The translations under genes and the position numbers were made by a program. Below, piece by piece: positions 47,536-57,800 of a stretch of 64,000 bases of DNA. A model generated the notes under the pieces. It did no database searches and was not told the origin of the DNA. It saw nothing but the letters and a program-made list of their open reading frames with translations. The stretch comes from Flavobacteriaceae bacterium (lineage in GTDB: Bacteria > Bacteroidota > Bacteroidia > Flavobacteriales > Flavobacteriaceae). Each line of letters opens with the position of its first letter. Position 1 is the stretch's first letter. The stretch lies in NCBI GenBank assembly GCA_049596815.1, contig JBMYLY010000002.1, positions 415 through 64,414 on the forward strand. The letters are read 5' to 3'.

Positions 47536-48570
47536 ATGCAACTGTACAATACATTAAGTGCGCAAGAGCGTGCCACGCTAATTGATCAGGCCGGAGACGA
47601 ACGCCTCACGCTATCATTTTATACCTATGCGCACATTCAAAACCCCCAACTATTCAGAGACTTTCTGTTTATCCACTGGGACAAGCTAGAAGTGCTTGGG
47701 CGCATCTATGTGTCATTCGAGGGCATCAATGCGCAGCTTTCTGTGCCTGCCAAAAATTTTGATGCGTTTAAAAACCATTTAGATAGCATCGATTTTCTGA
47801 ACGGGATCCGTTTGAACATTGCCATAGAGCAAGACAATAAGTCTTTTCTAAAACTAAAGATTAAGGTTCGCCAAAAAATTGTAGCAGACGGATTGGACGA
47901 CAGCACTTTTGATGTAACCGACTGTGGGGTTCACGTCAACGCCAAAACTTTTAACGAACTGATTCAAGACCCTGACACTTTGCTTGTAGATATGAGAAAT
48001 CACTACGAAAGTGAAATCGGGCATTTTGAAGGAGCCATCACCCCCGACGTGGATACCTTCAGACAGTCACTCCCGCTGATTGAGAAAGACCTTGAGGCTC
48101 ATAAATCCGACAAAAAACTCGTGATGTATTGCACAGGTGGCATCCGTTGTGAAAAAGCCAGTGCGTATTTTAAGCACAAAGGTTTTGAGCAAGTTTATCA
48201 GCTTGAAGGCGGGATTATTGAATATGCACGACAGGTGGAAGCACAAGGGCTTGACAACAAGTTCAGAGGCAAAAATTTTGTGTTCGACGACCGGCGTGCA
48301 GAGCGTATTTCGGAGGAAGTCATTGCGGTGTGTCACCAATGCGGAGCCCCTTGCGACACCCATGTAAACTGTGCCAACGAGGCTTGTCATTTGTTGTTTA
48401 TCCAGTGTGAAAATTGCGCTACTGAACATCAGAGTTGTTGCTCAAAAAAATGTGAAGACATCATTGAGTTACCTGAAACGGAGCAAAAACGCTTGCGAAG
48501 AGGCACCAAGAACAGCAATAAAATTTTCAAAAAAGGACGTTCATCGGCTTTGGCCTACATGAACAAATAA
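47536..48570 (+). CDS. trhO: rhodanese-domain tRNA uridine(34) hydroxylase TrhO (YceA/UPF0176)
   Basis: It has a UPF0176 N-terminal domain, a rhodanese active-site loop (YCTGGIRCEKA) and a Cys-rich C-terminal extension. Confidence 0.85.
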   Translation: MQLYNTLSAQERATLIDQAGDERLTLSFYTYAHIQNPQLFRDFLFIHWDKLEVLGRIYVSFEGINAQLSVPAKNFDAFKNHLDSIDFLNGIRLNIAIEQDNKSFLKLKIKVRQKIVADGLDDSTFDVTDCGVHVNAKTFNELIQDPDTLLVDMRNHYESEIGHFEGAITPDVDTFRQSLPLIEKDLEAHKSDKKLVMYCTGGIRCEKASAYFKHKGFEQVYQLEGGIIEYARQVEAQGLDNKFRGKNFVFDDRRAERISEEVIAVCHQCGAPCDTHVNCANEACHLLFIQCENCATEHQSCCSKKCEDIIELPETEQKRLRRGTKNSNKIFKKGRSSALAYMNK

Positions 48571-48581
48571 ATTCAAACAAC

Positions 48582-49739
48582 ATGGGCTGTGTAAGCTGTG
48601 GCAGTACGAAAGACGGAATTCCAAGAGGGTGCAAAAACAACGGCACCTGTGGGGCTGACGGCTGCAACAAGCTGACGGTTTTTGATTGGCTATCGGGCAT
48701 GCAAGTTTCGGGTGAGGTTGAAAAGCGTGTTGAAGTACGATTTAAAAACAGCCGTAAGCATTTTTATGAAGTCCCTGAAACGCTATCCTTAAATGTGGGG
48801 GATGTGGTTGTAACTGAAGTGGAAAAAGGGGGCTATGATGTGGGGGTTGTCAGTCTTACAGGGAGCTTGGTGGCGGTCCAAATGCAACACAAAAAAGTAA
48901 AGGAAAAATCTCTGCCAAAGGTATTGCGGAAAGCCAGTCAGCACGAGATGGACACCTGGTCTGCTGCCCGAGATAAAGAGCCAGAGGTTCAGAAACGGGC
49001 CCGAGAACTGGCACTTTCTTTGGGCTTGGCCATGAAACTATCAGACGTTGAGTTTCAAGGGGATGGGCGGAAAGCCACTTTTTACTACACTGCTGAAGGT
49101 CGAGTGGACTTTAGACAGCTTATTAAAGACATGGCTTCTGCTTTTGGCATTCGTATTGAAATGCGTCAAATCGGGCTTAGAGAAGAAGCCTCACGATTGG
49201 GCGGCATCGGCTCGTGTGGCCGAGAGTTGTGTTGCTCTACATGGCTAACAGACTTGCGAGTGGTAAATACCTCCGCGGCACGCTACCAGCAACTTTCGCT
49301 CAACCCCCAAAAACTGGCCGGGCAGTGCGGCAAACTCAAGTGTTGTCTCAATTTTGAGCTGGACACTTACCAAGATGCACTAAAAGATTTCCCGAGAACC
49401 GATTGCAAAATCAAAACCGAAAAAGGGCTTGCCTTGTGTCAAAAAACTGATATTTTCCAAGGAGCCATGTGGTTTGCTTACAAAGGAGAGTGGTCCGTAT
49501 GGCACAGACTTCGAGTAGATCAAGTGCATGCGTTGTTGCAAAAAAACAAAGAGGGGATTCCCGTTGACAGTATAGAACCCTATGCTGAAGAGGCCGATCA
49601 AAATAGCCCCCCTTCTTTGAGTTTTGAAAATGCGGTTGGGCAAGACAGCCTCAATCGTTTTGACAGAAAAAAAGGTCGTAGAATACCCAATCAAAGAAGA
49701 GGTAAAAGAAAACCTCATAGCAAAAGAAAAACTACATGA
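48582..49739 (+). CDS. PSP1-domain protein (RicT/YaaT-like)
   Basis: It has a Cys-rich N-terminus and a PSP1 core (ATFYYTAEGRVDFRQLIKDMASAFGIRIEMRQIG, CGRELCC, CGKLKCCLNFE). Confidence 0.8.
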   Translation: MGCVSCGSTKDGIPRGCKNNGTCGADGCNKLTVFDWLSGMQVSGEVEKRVEVRFKNSRKHFYEVPETLSLNVGDVVVTEVEKGGYDVGVVSLTGSLVAVQMQHKKVKEKSLPKVLRKASQHEMDTWSAARDKEPEVQKRARELALSLGLAMKLSDVEFQGDGRKATFYYTAEGRVDFRQLIKDMASAFGIRIEMRQIGLREEASRLGGIGSCGRELCCSTWLTDLRVVNTSAARYQQLSLNPQKLAGQCGKLKCCLNFELDTYQDALKDFPRTDCKIKTEKGLALCQKTDIFQGAMWFAYKGEWSVWHRLRVDQVHALLQKNKEGIPVDSIEPYAEEADQNSPPSLSFENAVGQDSLNRFDRKKGRRIPNQRRGKRKPHSKRKTT

Positions 49740-50209
49740 AGAAGTTAGGAGTTTTGTGGATTCTGTTTTGGGGAGTCGGCTGTTCTTCAAGTGGAGAACA
49801 ACTCTACTTTGAGTCTTTTGATGATGGGTGGAGCCAAAAAAATGAGATAGCCTTTGACTTTAATAATCAAACTGTGTCAGAGTCTGTCAATTTGTTTTTG
49901 TACATACGAAACAACGAAGAGTACCCGTTTGCCAACATACACCTTATTACCGATTTGGAAGACCCCTTGGGGGCCAAAACAACAGATACTCTTACGTATC
50001 GGCTGGCCGCTCCCGATGGTCGGTGGCTCGGCAAAGGGTTGTTGTCAAAGGAAAGTAAATTGTGGTACAAAGAAAACCTCGCTTTGCCCTATATTGGAAC
50101 CTATAAAATACGTGTTCGCCACGCCATGCGTCATAACGAAAATGTGGCGGCACTTCAAACCTTAGATGGAATTACATCTGTTGGGATAGGTGTTGAAAAA
50201 GCAAAATAG
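49736..50209 (+). CDS. gldH: gliding-motility lipoprotein GldH
   Basis: 157 aa with a lipoprotein signal (LFWGVGC). Its size, its pattern (YPFANIHLI) and its position between PSP1 and a PBP1A gene resemble flavobacterial gldH loci as I recall them. Confidence 0.65.
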   Translation: MKKLGVLWILFWGVGCSSSGEQLYFESFDDGWSQKNEIAFDFNNQTVSESVNLFLYIRNNEEYPFANIHLITDLEDPLGAKTTDTLTYRLAAPDGRWLGKGLLSKESKLWYKENLALPYIGTYKIRVRHAMRHNENVAALQTLDGITSVGIGVEKAK

Positions 50210-50212
50210 GAG

Positions 50213-52537
50213 ATGGCCAAAAAGAAACAAAAAACAATTGGAAGAAAGTATGCCAAACAACTCCGTTGGTTCTGGGGTTTGTTCTATGTAGGGTTGGCGT
50301 CTTTTGTAGCGATATTTGCCGCTGCCTCTTTGGGGCTTTTGGGAGAAATGCCTGAGTTTCGACAGCTTGAAAACCCTAAAACCAACTTGGCAACCCAAAT
50401 TATTTCATCAGATGACGTGGTGTTGGGCAAGTTCTACTTTAATGACAACCGAACCCCTTTGAGCTATGAAGAAATTCCCCAAAACCTTATCGATGCTTTG
50501 ATTGCCACAGAGGATGAGCGTTTCTACAGTCATGCGGGCATTGATGCACGAGGAACCGCCAGGGCCGTTGCTTTTCTAGGTAGTAAAGGGGGCGCTAGTA
50601 CGATCTCTCAGCAATTGGCCAGACAATTGTTTACGGGGGTTCGTTCAAGAAACACCTTGGAAGCAGTCATTCAAAAGATAAAAGAATGGGTCATTGCTGT
50701 TAGGTTAGAACGTCGATACACCAAAAACGAAATCATCACGATGTATTTGAACATTTATGATTTTAATTACAATGCGGATGGTTTGCGGTCGGCTGCTAAT
50801 ATTTATTTTTCCAAAGAGCCTCACGAACTTCTCCTCGAGGAGTCCGCTATTTTGGTAGGTATGCTAAAAAACTCATCGCTCTACGATCCCATTCGGAGAC
50901 CCGGGATGGTACAGCAAAGAAGGGATATTGTTTTCCAACAAATGCTACGCAATGAACTGCTCTCTCAGCAAGAAGTAGACTCACTAAAACTATTGCGGTT
51001 AAAAATCCGGTACAATCCGCAGTCACACCGCGAAGGGCTGGCCACCTATTTCAGGGCCTATTTACAACAATATATGCGCGGTTGGATCCGTAACAATCCC
51101 AAACCCGACGGAGGTCGTTACAATCTGTATTTGGACGGATTAAGAATCTATACCACCATAGACTCTCGAATGCAGGCCTATGCAGAGGCAGCCGTTGAGG
51201 AACATATGCCCAATTTGCAGAGCGAATTTTTTAGACAAAATACTCCTGATTACAATCCTACAGCACCTTTTTCTGAAATCGATGAAAAAGAAGCTGAAAA
51301 ACTTATTGAGCAGGCCATTCGAAGATCAGATCGTTGGCGCAAACTCAGAAACAGAGGCGTCGCTGAGGAGGAGGCGCGCGCTGTATTTGATGTCAAAACA
51401 GATATGCGTGTGTTTAGTTGGGGGGGCGAAATAGACACCCTGATGTCTCCGGTGGATTCTATCCGCTATTACAAACATTTTTTGCGTTCCGGCATGATGT
51501 CCATGGAGCCGCAATCGGGCCATGTCAAAGCGTGGGTTGGTGGGATCAACTACCGCCACTTTCAGTTTGACCATGTTTTTCAGGGTAAAAGACAAATAGG
51601 TTCTACATTTAAGCCGTTTGTCTATGCCACTGCCATCGATCAGCTTAAACTGTCCCCTTGCGACTCCTTCCCAGATGGATTTTATTGTGTGGAGGCGCGC
51701 AAGTTTGGCAGCCATGAGGCTTGGTGCCCCAAAAATTCGGGCGATCGCTACATAGGCAAACGCACTCTTAAAAACGCACTGGCAAACTCTGTTAATACCA
51801 TCAGTGCCCGACTTATCGATATGGTAGGACCTGGGCCAGTAAGTGATTTGGCTTCAGATTTGGGTATCAGCTCAAAAATCCCAAATGTGCCCTCCATTGC
51901 CCTTGGTACAGCGGACTTGAGTGTGTATGAAATGGTAGGAGCCTATGGTGCTTTTGCCAACCAAGGGATTTATGTAAAGCCCGTCATGATTACTAGGATT
52001 GAGGACAAAAACGGCACCGTATTATTCGAAGCTGTGCCCGAAACGCGAGATGTGATTAGCGCCGAATCGGCCTATGTGACGGTTAAACTGCTGGAAGGGG
52101 TTACCGAAGCTGGGTCGGGTGTGCGTTTGCGCCATAGTGGTGCAGAAAGATTTAACCCCGTTTTTGAAACCACGGTAACGGGATATCCCTATGTGTTTAC
52201 AAATCCCATCGCTGGTAAAACAGGGACTACTCAAAACCAAAGTGACGGTTGGTTTATCGGTATGGTTCCCAACCTAGTGACAGGGGTTTGGGTCGGAGGC
52301 GAAGACCGCGCAACCCATTTTGAAACCATTGCTTATGGCCAGGGTGCTACCATGGCCTTGCCCATATGGGCACAATACATGAAAAAGTGCTATGCCGATA
52401 CTTTGCTAGGAATTTCTCAAGAAGAATTTCTTGCGCCGGAAGTAGTCAATATTCCTATAGACTGTGATTCTTTGGCAGCAGCTCGAAGGGGTGCCATTGA
52501 AGATAGTTTTGAAGACCTAGATGATTTTGGGCTATAG
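50213..52537 (+). CDS. bifunctional penicillin-binding protein 1A (glycosyltransferase plus transpeptidase)
   Basis: GT51 motifs (EDERFYSHAGID, GASTISQQLAR), and transpeptidase motifs SxxK (STFK), SxN (SVN) and KTG (AGKTGTT). Confidence 0.92.
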   Translation: MAKKKQKTIGRKYAKQLRWFWGLFYVGLASFVAIFAAASLGLLGEMPEFRQLENPKTNLATQIISSDDVVLGKFYFNDNRTPLSYEEIPQNLIDALIATEDERFYSHAGIDARGTARAVAFLGSKGGASTISQQLARQLFTGVRSRNTLEAVIQKIKEWVIAVRLERRYTKNEIITMYLNIYDFNYNADGLRSAANIYFSKEPHELLLEESAILVGMLKNSSLYDPIRRPGMVQQRRDIVFQQMLRNELLSQQEVDSLKLLRLKIRYNPQSHREGLATYFRAYLQQYMRGWIRNNPKPDGGRYNLYLDGLRIYTTIDSRMQAYAEAAVEEHMPNLQSEFFRQNTPDYNPTAPFSEIDEKEAEKLIEQAIRRSDRWRKLRNRGVAEEEARAVFDVKTDMRVFSWGGEIDTLMSPVDSIRYYKHFLRSGMMSMEPQSGHVKAWVGGINYRHFQFDHVFQGKRQIGSTFKPFVYATAIDQLKLSPCDSFPDGFYCVEARKFGSHEAWCPKNSGDRYIGKRTLKNALANSVNTISARLIDMVGPGPVSDLASDLGISSKIPNVPSIALGTADLSVYEMVGAYGAFANQGIYVKPVMITRIEDKNGTVLFEAVPETRDVISAESAYVTVKLLEGVTEAGSGVRLRHSGAERFNPVFETTVTGYPYVFTNPIAGKTGTTQNQSDGWFIGMVPNLVTGVWVGGEDRATHFETIAYGQGATMALPIWAQYMKKCYADTLLGISQEEFLAPEVVNIPIDCDSLAAARRGAIEDSFEDLDDFGL

Positions 52538-53005
52538 TTCTGGCGGTGCTATGCTTTGTGCCAACTGGCTGTTGTAAAACCTCTTATCTCCGGTAACTTC
52601 TTTGCCTATCCAACTGGGTAAATCTAAGGATTCGTCCGATGACCCAAGCTCCACCTCAGCCATCACCAATCCATATAATGCACCTTCAAAAACATCGACC
52701 TCAAAAATGTGGTTGCCATAGGGTACCCGATAGCGTGTTTTTTTTATGACCTTGTCAGCACAAAACTTGAGTAATTGTTGTGCTTCTTCTTGGGGAATAG
52801 TGTATTCAAATTCTGAGCGGGTATCCCCCTTGGCATTGGACGGCCCTTTGATGGTTAAAAAACCTTGGGAGGGTGCATGGCGCACGCGCACTGTGCGTGC
52901 GGGGTCCAAGCTCAGGTATCCCTGTGTCATGTGGCTAGAGCCTTGTGCCTGTGAAAGACACTGCGCTAGGTTGGACACCAAAAACTTGCGCTCTATCTCC
53001 ACCAT
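52532..53005 (-). CDS. CYTH-domain protein (triphosphate tunnel metalloenzyme)
   Basis: It has the N-terminal EIERKFLV signature and is 157 aa. Confidence 0.8.
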   Translation of the reverse strand: MVEIERKFLVSNLAQCLSQAQGSSHMTQGYLSLDPARTVRVRHAPSQGFLTIKGPSNAKGDTRSEFEYTIPQEEAQQLLKFCADKVIKKTRYRVPYGNHIFEVDVFEGALYGLVMAEVELGSSDESLDLPSWIGKEVTGDKRFYNSQLAQSIAPPEL

Positions 53006-53025
53006 ATTTCCGAATATTTTAAACT

Positions 53026-53808
53026 TTAGGGTTGCGGGTCAAAAAGTTGGTTGAGCACTGCAGCCAAACGAAGACCGGCTTTGTGAAGTCGGTCGCGTAC
53101 TACCCCAAAATGTTGGTAGTGATATTTATAACCTAACTTCTCTTCGGGCTGCGTTTGTGCATAAATGTTTTTGGCGTGGTCTTGGGATTCCGCTACCCAA
53201 TCAAGCAAGGGTGCTTGAACAATTTTTTTGTGTTGTTCTTTTTCATAAGGAGGCAAGTTTTGAGCCAATTCCGTGTAGCTCATTTGGTAGTGGTCAATGA
53301 GCTGAGAGTCCCAAAGGCGGTGTAGGTTGGTCTTTTTGCCAAACCAATAAACTGTGATGTCATTGCCTCCTCTGTCCTCCGCGCGCCCCACGTGCAGAGG
53401 CTGATGCAAATCTCCTACAAAATGTACCAATAGCCGTAAGTGAAAAGCCTTGTCGTCCTTAGCTGCATTAGGGTCTTGCAATACCTGTATACAGGTTTTT
53501 ATTGCTTGTACAACATCCCCCTTGGGGTTAGGAGTGACTTCTCCGTATTTTTTGTCTAGTGGCATATTTACATAATGCCAAGGAGCATAAGCTCGGTAAC
53601 GACTGTCCGAACGGATTTCATCGGCGAAGGTAGAGACAAAAGCCAAAGACGCTCCGTCCAATAACTTGGCTATGGTTTGGGCTGTTTTGGGGGTGAGGTA
53701 TTGTTGTGCCACCTCACCAATCACACGATGACCAGTCTGGCCCCAATCGGTCGCCGAAAGAGAAAAAATGTTAGCCAACAAGAAAATAGCTCCTAATAAT
53801 TTTTTCAT
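53026..53808 (-). CDS. secreted S1/P1-family nuclease
   Basis: It has a signal peptide followed by WGQTGHRVIG, then the later motifs HFVGDLHQPLH and NLHRLWD. Confidence 0.85.
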   Translation of the reverse strand: MKKLLGAIFLLANIFSLSATDWGQTGHRVIGEVAQQYLTPKTAQTIAKLLDGASLAFVSTFADEIRSDSRYRAYAPWHYVNMPLDKKYGEVTPNPKGDVVQAIKTCIQVLQDPNAAKDDKAFHLRLLVHFVGDLHQPLHVGRAEDRGGNDITVYWFGKKTNLHRLWDSQLIDHYQMSYTELAQNLPPYEKEQHKKIVQAPLLDWVAESQDHAKNIYAQTQPEEKLGYKYHYQHFGVVRDRLHKAGLRLAAVLNQLFDPQP

Positions 53809-53833
53809 GATATTTTATGGTAAAGATACGTTT

Positions 53834-54859
53834 CTACAACAGCCCTCGAACGGGATAGATTCTAAATTTTTCACTTGTGATGTCTATGCCCAATGTGAGT
53901 TGGTGGCTGTTAAATGGCCTAAAGTTGATGTTCTCCAAACTTTGCGTGTAGCTGTAGGAAAATGAAAATACTCCAAATTCCGCACCCACCAAAGTAGTGA
54001 GCTGTTGGTGTTTTTGATCAAATGAGCTTCTAGTATTTAGGTAAGCATTGGTGTCTAAACCCGCCCTGTAGGAAAAACCTATCCAAGCATTGAGGTTGCG
54101 AGTGTGATGATGTAATTTAAGATTGAGGTCATAGCTCGGGATGTCCGCATACTGTACTGCTTGATACATAAAGGAAGGTTCCAGGGCCCATTTGGGGGAA
54201 AACTCAACAAAATAGCCCGCGTTAAAAAGCAAACTTCTGGGTTTTTCAAGTGCTACCACGTCTGAAATATTGTTGCCTCTAAAAAAAAGGTTTTTGACAG
54301 TCATATGCGCATACAGCCCCAAGCGGTTATAGGAAAATCCCATGTCCATATGCAAACTTCTCGACCTTACTTTGGACCCTGTGAGCAGAGGATCCCCCAA
54401 AAAAGGATCAAAAGAAGTTTGGTCGTGGGTGCTGTTAACCCCCCCAACGCTCAGCCCAAAAGACAATTGATTGATTTGCACGTTGCTGCGGAAAAAATTG
54501 ATGTGATAGGAGTAGGTAAGCAAGCCCCCTACGCGACTTTGAAAGCCGTTTTGATCTCTGTAGAAGGTAGCCCCAAAACCGGTGCGTCTGCCGAGCCTGC
54601 TGTGGCCGTTAAGTGTTTGAAGGGCGGGTGCGTTTTGTACGCCTTGCCATTGAGCACGGTGGGTAAGGCGTACTTTGGCGCCTTCGAAATGTGCCCCTGC
54701 CATGGCGGGGTGTAGCAGGGAATAGTTTTCCGTAAGATAATCTGTATAGACAGGCAATTGATACTGGGCGCTGACGTTTACAATAGCAATAAAAAAAGTC
54801 AATAGTGCGCCCAATAAGGAGGATTTTAGGTTCAATTTATATGAGAAGGAGGCGTACAT
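53834..54859 (-). CDS. type IX secretion system membrane protein, PorP/SprF family
   Basis: 341 aa with a signal peptide. The N-terminal pattern QLPVYTDYLTENYSLLHPAMAG and beta-barrel-like alternating sequence are typical of PorP/SprF. Confidence 0.8.
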   Translation of the reverse strand: MYASFSYKLNLKSSLLGALLTFFIAIVNVSAQYQLPVYTDYLTENYSLLHPAMAGAHFEGAKVRLTHRAQWQGVQNAPALQTLNGHSRLGRRTGFGATFYRDQNGFQSRVGGLLTYSYHINFFRSNVQINQLSFGLSVGGVNSTHDQTSFDPFLGDPLLTGSKVRSRSLHMDMGFSYNRLGLYAHMTVKNLFFRGNNISDVVALEKPRSLLFNAGYFVEFSPKWALEPSFMYQAVQYADIPSYDLNLKLHHHTRNLNAWIGFSYRAGLDTNAYLNTRSSFDQKHQQLTTLVGAEFGVFSFSYSYTQSLENINFRPFNSHQLTLGIDITSEKFRIYPVRGLL

Positions 54860-54895
54860 TTTTTCTTATATTGTTGCTAATTTAACAATCTTATT

Positions 54896-57800
54896 TTGAG
54901 GCGTGTTATTTTGTTGATTGTTTGCCTGCTTTGGGGGACGCACTACCTATGGGGACAATTAAGCACCCAACACTATATTCCGCCAGTCCCGGACTTGGTG
55001 TTTGAGGACGCTTATTTATATGTATCCACACCTCACCCTAATGTGACTTTTACCCTAAAACCAGTGGGTGGTTTAGAAAGTTCTTGGGTTTCCCAGACGA
55101 TTGACAACGCAAACAGTGCAAAGATTCCATTGACTGTTAACGAAATTCCTATTTTGGGCCAAGTTTCTGTCGATCCAAGTTTTTTCACAAACAACCATGT
55201 ATATGATGATATAGGATACGTCCTAACTGCTGACAGAGAGGTATATGTGTCGTTACGACTCAAAACTACCAACCATGCGGGAGCGCTTGTAAGCAAAGGG
55301 GTTGATGGGTTAGGAAAAAGCTTTCGAGTTGGGGGCATGGAAAGAAAAGAAGAATACGTGCCATTCGTTGCTTTTGGAGATTGGTCTTTTTTCTCCATTA
55401 TGGCGACAAAAGATGCAACGATTGTGAATTTTGAAGACGTGGATCCGCTGCTGGTAGCTGAAAATTTGAATGGAAGTTTACCCGCTTCCATCACTCTTGA
55501 CGAAAGCGAAACCTATTTAGCTCTTTTTAATGGACAAAACAATGAGCGGTTTATAGGAACCCATGTGAAATCCCAAAATCATGACATTATAGTGAATTCT
55601 GGTTCGATTATAGGGAGTTTTAGTGATGAAATCCTTGATCCAGCAGCACTTCCTGATGGTCTGTTCATGGGAGAAACCACCGCTTACCTAAACGGATCAG
55701 ATATGGGTTTTGACCAAATGGTGAGCCTTGATAGGGGCGTGGATGCAAATGAATATCTACTGATAAAAGGGGACGGTTTTGACAGCATTGAAAATGCTTT
55801 GGTTATTGCAAATGAGCCCAATACCGCTATTTACCTCAATGGGGGTTCAACTGTTTACACTACACTAGTAAACGCCGGAGACCATGTGTTTATTGAGGGA
55901 AATGAATTTGTTTCTGGTGGGGGGATTGGTTATCTACAAATAAGTGGTGATAAAAACATATATGTGTTTCAAGGGACTGGGAAGAAGGGGGCGGATATTA
56001 ATGGAGCAGGAACAATCCATTGGTATGGTGCCAACCAAGGGATGTTTTTTGTGCCTCCTCTGAGTTGCGCCAGTGTTGGAGACGTACAAAGCATTGCTCG
56101 TATTGATGAGGTTGACGATGCCGCGACCTTTTTTGGAAGTCTGTTTGTGATAAGTACAGGTGGGTCTACGGTTGAAGTCGATGGGTTGGACATCAATGAT
56201 TATCCTTCAGTACAAACCGTAGGGGGCATCACTGCAGATAGTCGCACTTATCAAGTTCACCGTGTGGACAATTTACTTGGAGATGTTTCGGTGGTTGGGT
56301 CTGAGGAACTATATGTTTCTTATTATAACTATAACGGCAATGCTACTTCTGGTGCGTTTTATTCTGGGTTTGCCCTTGAGCCTCGTATTTATCCGGAAAT
56401 CACTTTAGATGCGCTAGGCGTATGTTTTGACCCCGTCAACGGAACCAACGTGACTCTAAACCTCCCTAATTCGACCAATTATGACGGTTGGAAATGGCAA
56501 AAACAAGATACTACAGGTGCATGGAATGATATTTTGTCTGGAGCGTCGGACCCAGATACTTACATCCCAACTGAATATGGAATATATAGAGTAGAGGTAA
56601 ACATCAATTGTTTGGCGCCGAGCAACATTATTTATTCCGATCCTCTCACTGTTAGTGTGTGTCCACCTGATTTTGACAGCGATGGTGTTGTAAACAATAT
56701 TGATTTGGACAACGACAACGATGGCGTCTTGGATGCAGTAGAGTCTTATGGAAATTTTGAAGTCGATCTGACTTTGTCGCCTCCGCAAATCAATGCACCT
56801 GGAGTTCCTTCTTCGGATGTTCCAGTGCTACAGCAAACAATAACAACGCCTAATGGAGTGTTTACCCCTTTCACAGACGGAAGATTCACCTCTTTTTTGC
56901 CGACTGCTTCACTTACATCAAATGAAACTTTGGTCTACAAGCTTAGTCCTTCAATGGCTGGAGCTGTTCACCTAAAATTTAGCTTGAGTGGTCCCATTCC
57001 CACAGAAAGTGATGTAAGCTATGTCCTTGAAAGTATTGACCCTTCTGAGAGTATTACCTTGTTGAATCCAAGCGATGAGTTAGAGCTATTAATGAATGGG
57101 GTTTATATAAGCGGGCAGACCCAGTTTAATGGCTCAAAAATAGAATTTAGGTTTAACACCGCCATAGCTGGTACAGATCCCGCGGATTTTTCCTTCATGG
57201 TATACAACACTTCGGGTTTAAAATTTACACATGTCAACCTATCGACTGCGAATACAACAACATTTAATGGCGTTTTTGAAGTCATAAACCTTGACCGGCT
57301 TTCTGACGGGGATGTGTCCCCCGATATTTTCGATGCTGACAGCGACGGCGACAACTGCCCTGATGTGTTGGAGGCAGGGTTTATTGATGGCGATAATGAC
57401 GAAAAAGTTTTGGTGGGGCCGCTTACTTTTGATGACGGCACTGTGGACAGTCGCGGTCGTGTTATAGGGCATGATTACACGCAAACACCCGCAGATAATG
57501 ACGCAAACGGGGTGTATGATTTTCAAGAGTTTGGTAGCATCACGATTGGAGCCCAGCCTGTTGATACAACACATTGCGATGGAGATAGTGCGCTATTCCA
57601 GGTGACCTCTAACGGCACATATTATCAATGGCAAGTGTGGGATGCTTCCGGGATGTGGACAGACCTGTCCGACGGAGGGGGCTACAGCGGAACCACCACC
57701 TATCAACTACAAATTGATAATCTTAGCACGGGGCTAAACGCCACAGAATATCGCGTGGCTATTTGGAATGATGCGTTGGTTTGTCCAGAGTTTTCCGATC

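Noticed and set aside
55033-55494. 153-aa minus-strand ORF, plus other 60-112-aa antisense ORFs inside the giant surface-protein gene
   Set aside because: They are antisense to a continuous 1714-aa ORF that ends in a clear T9SS sorting domain.
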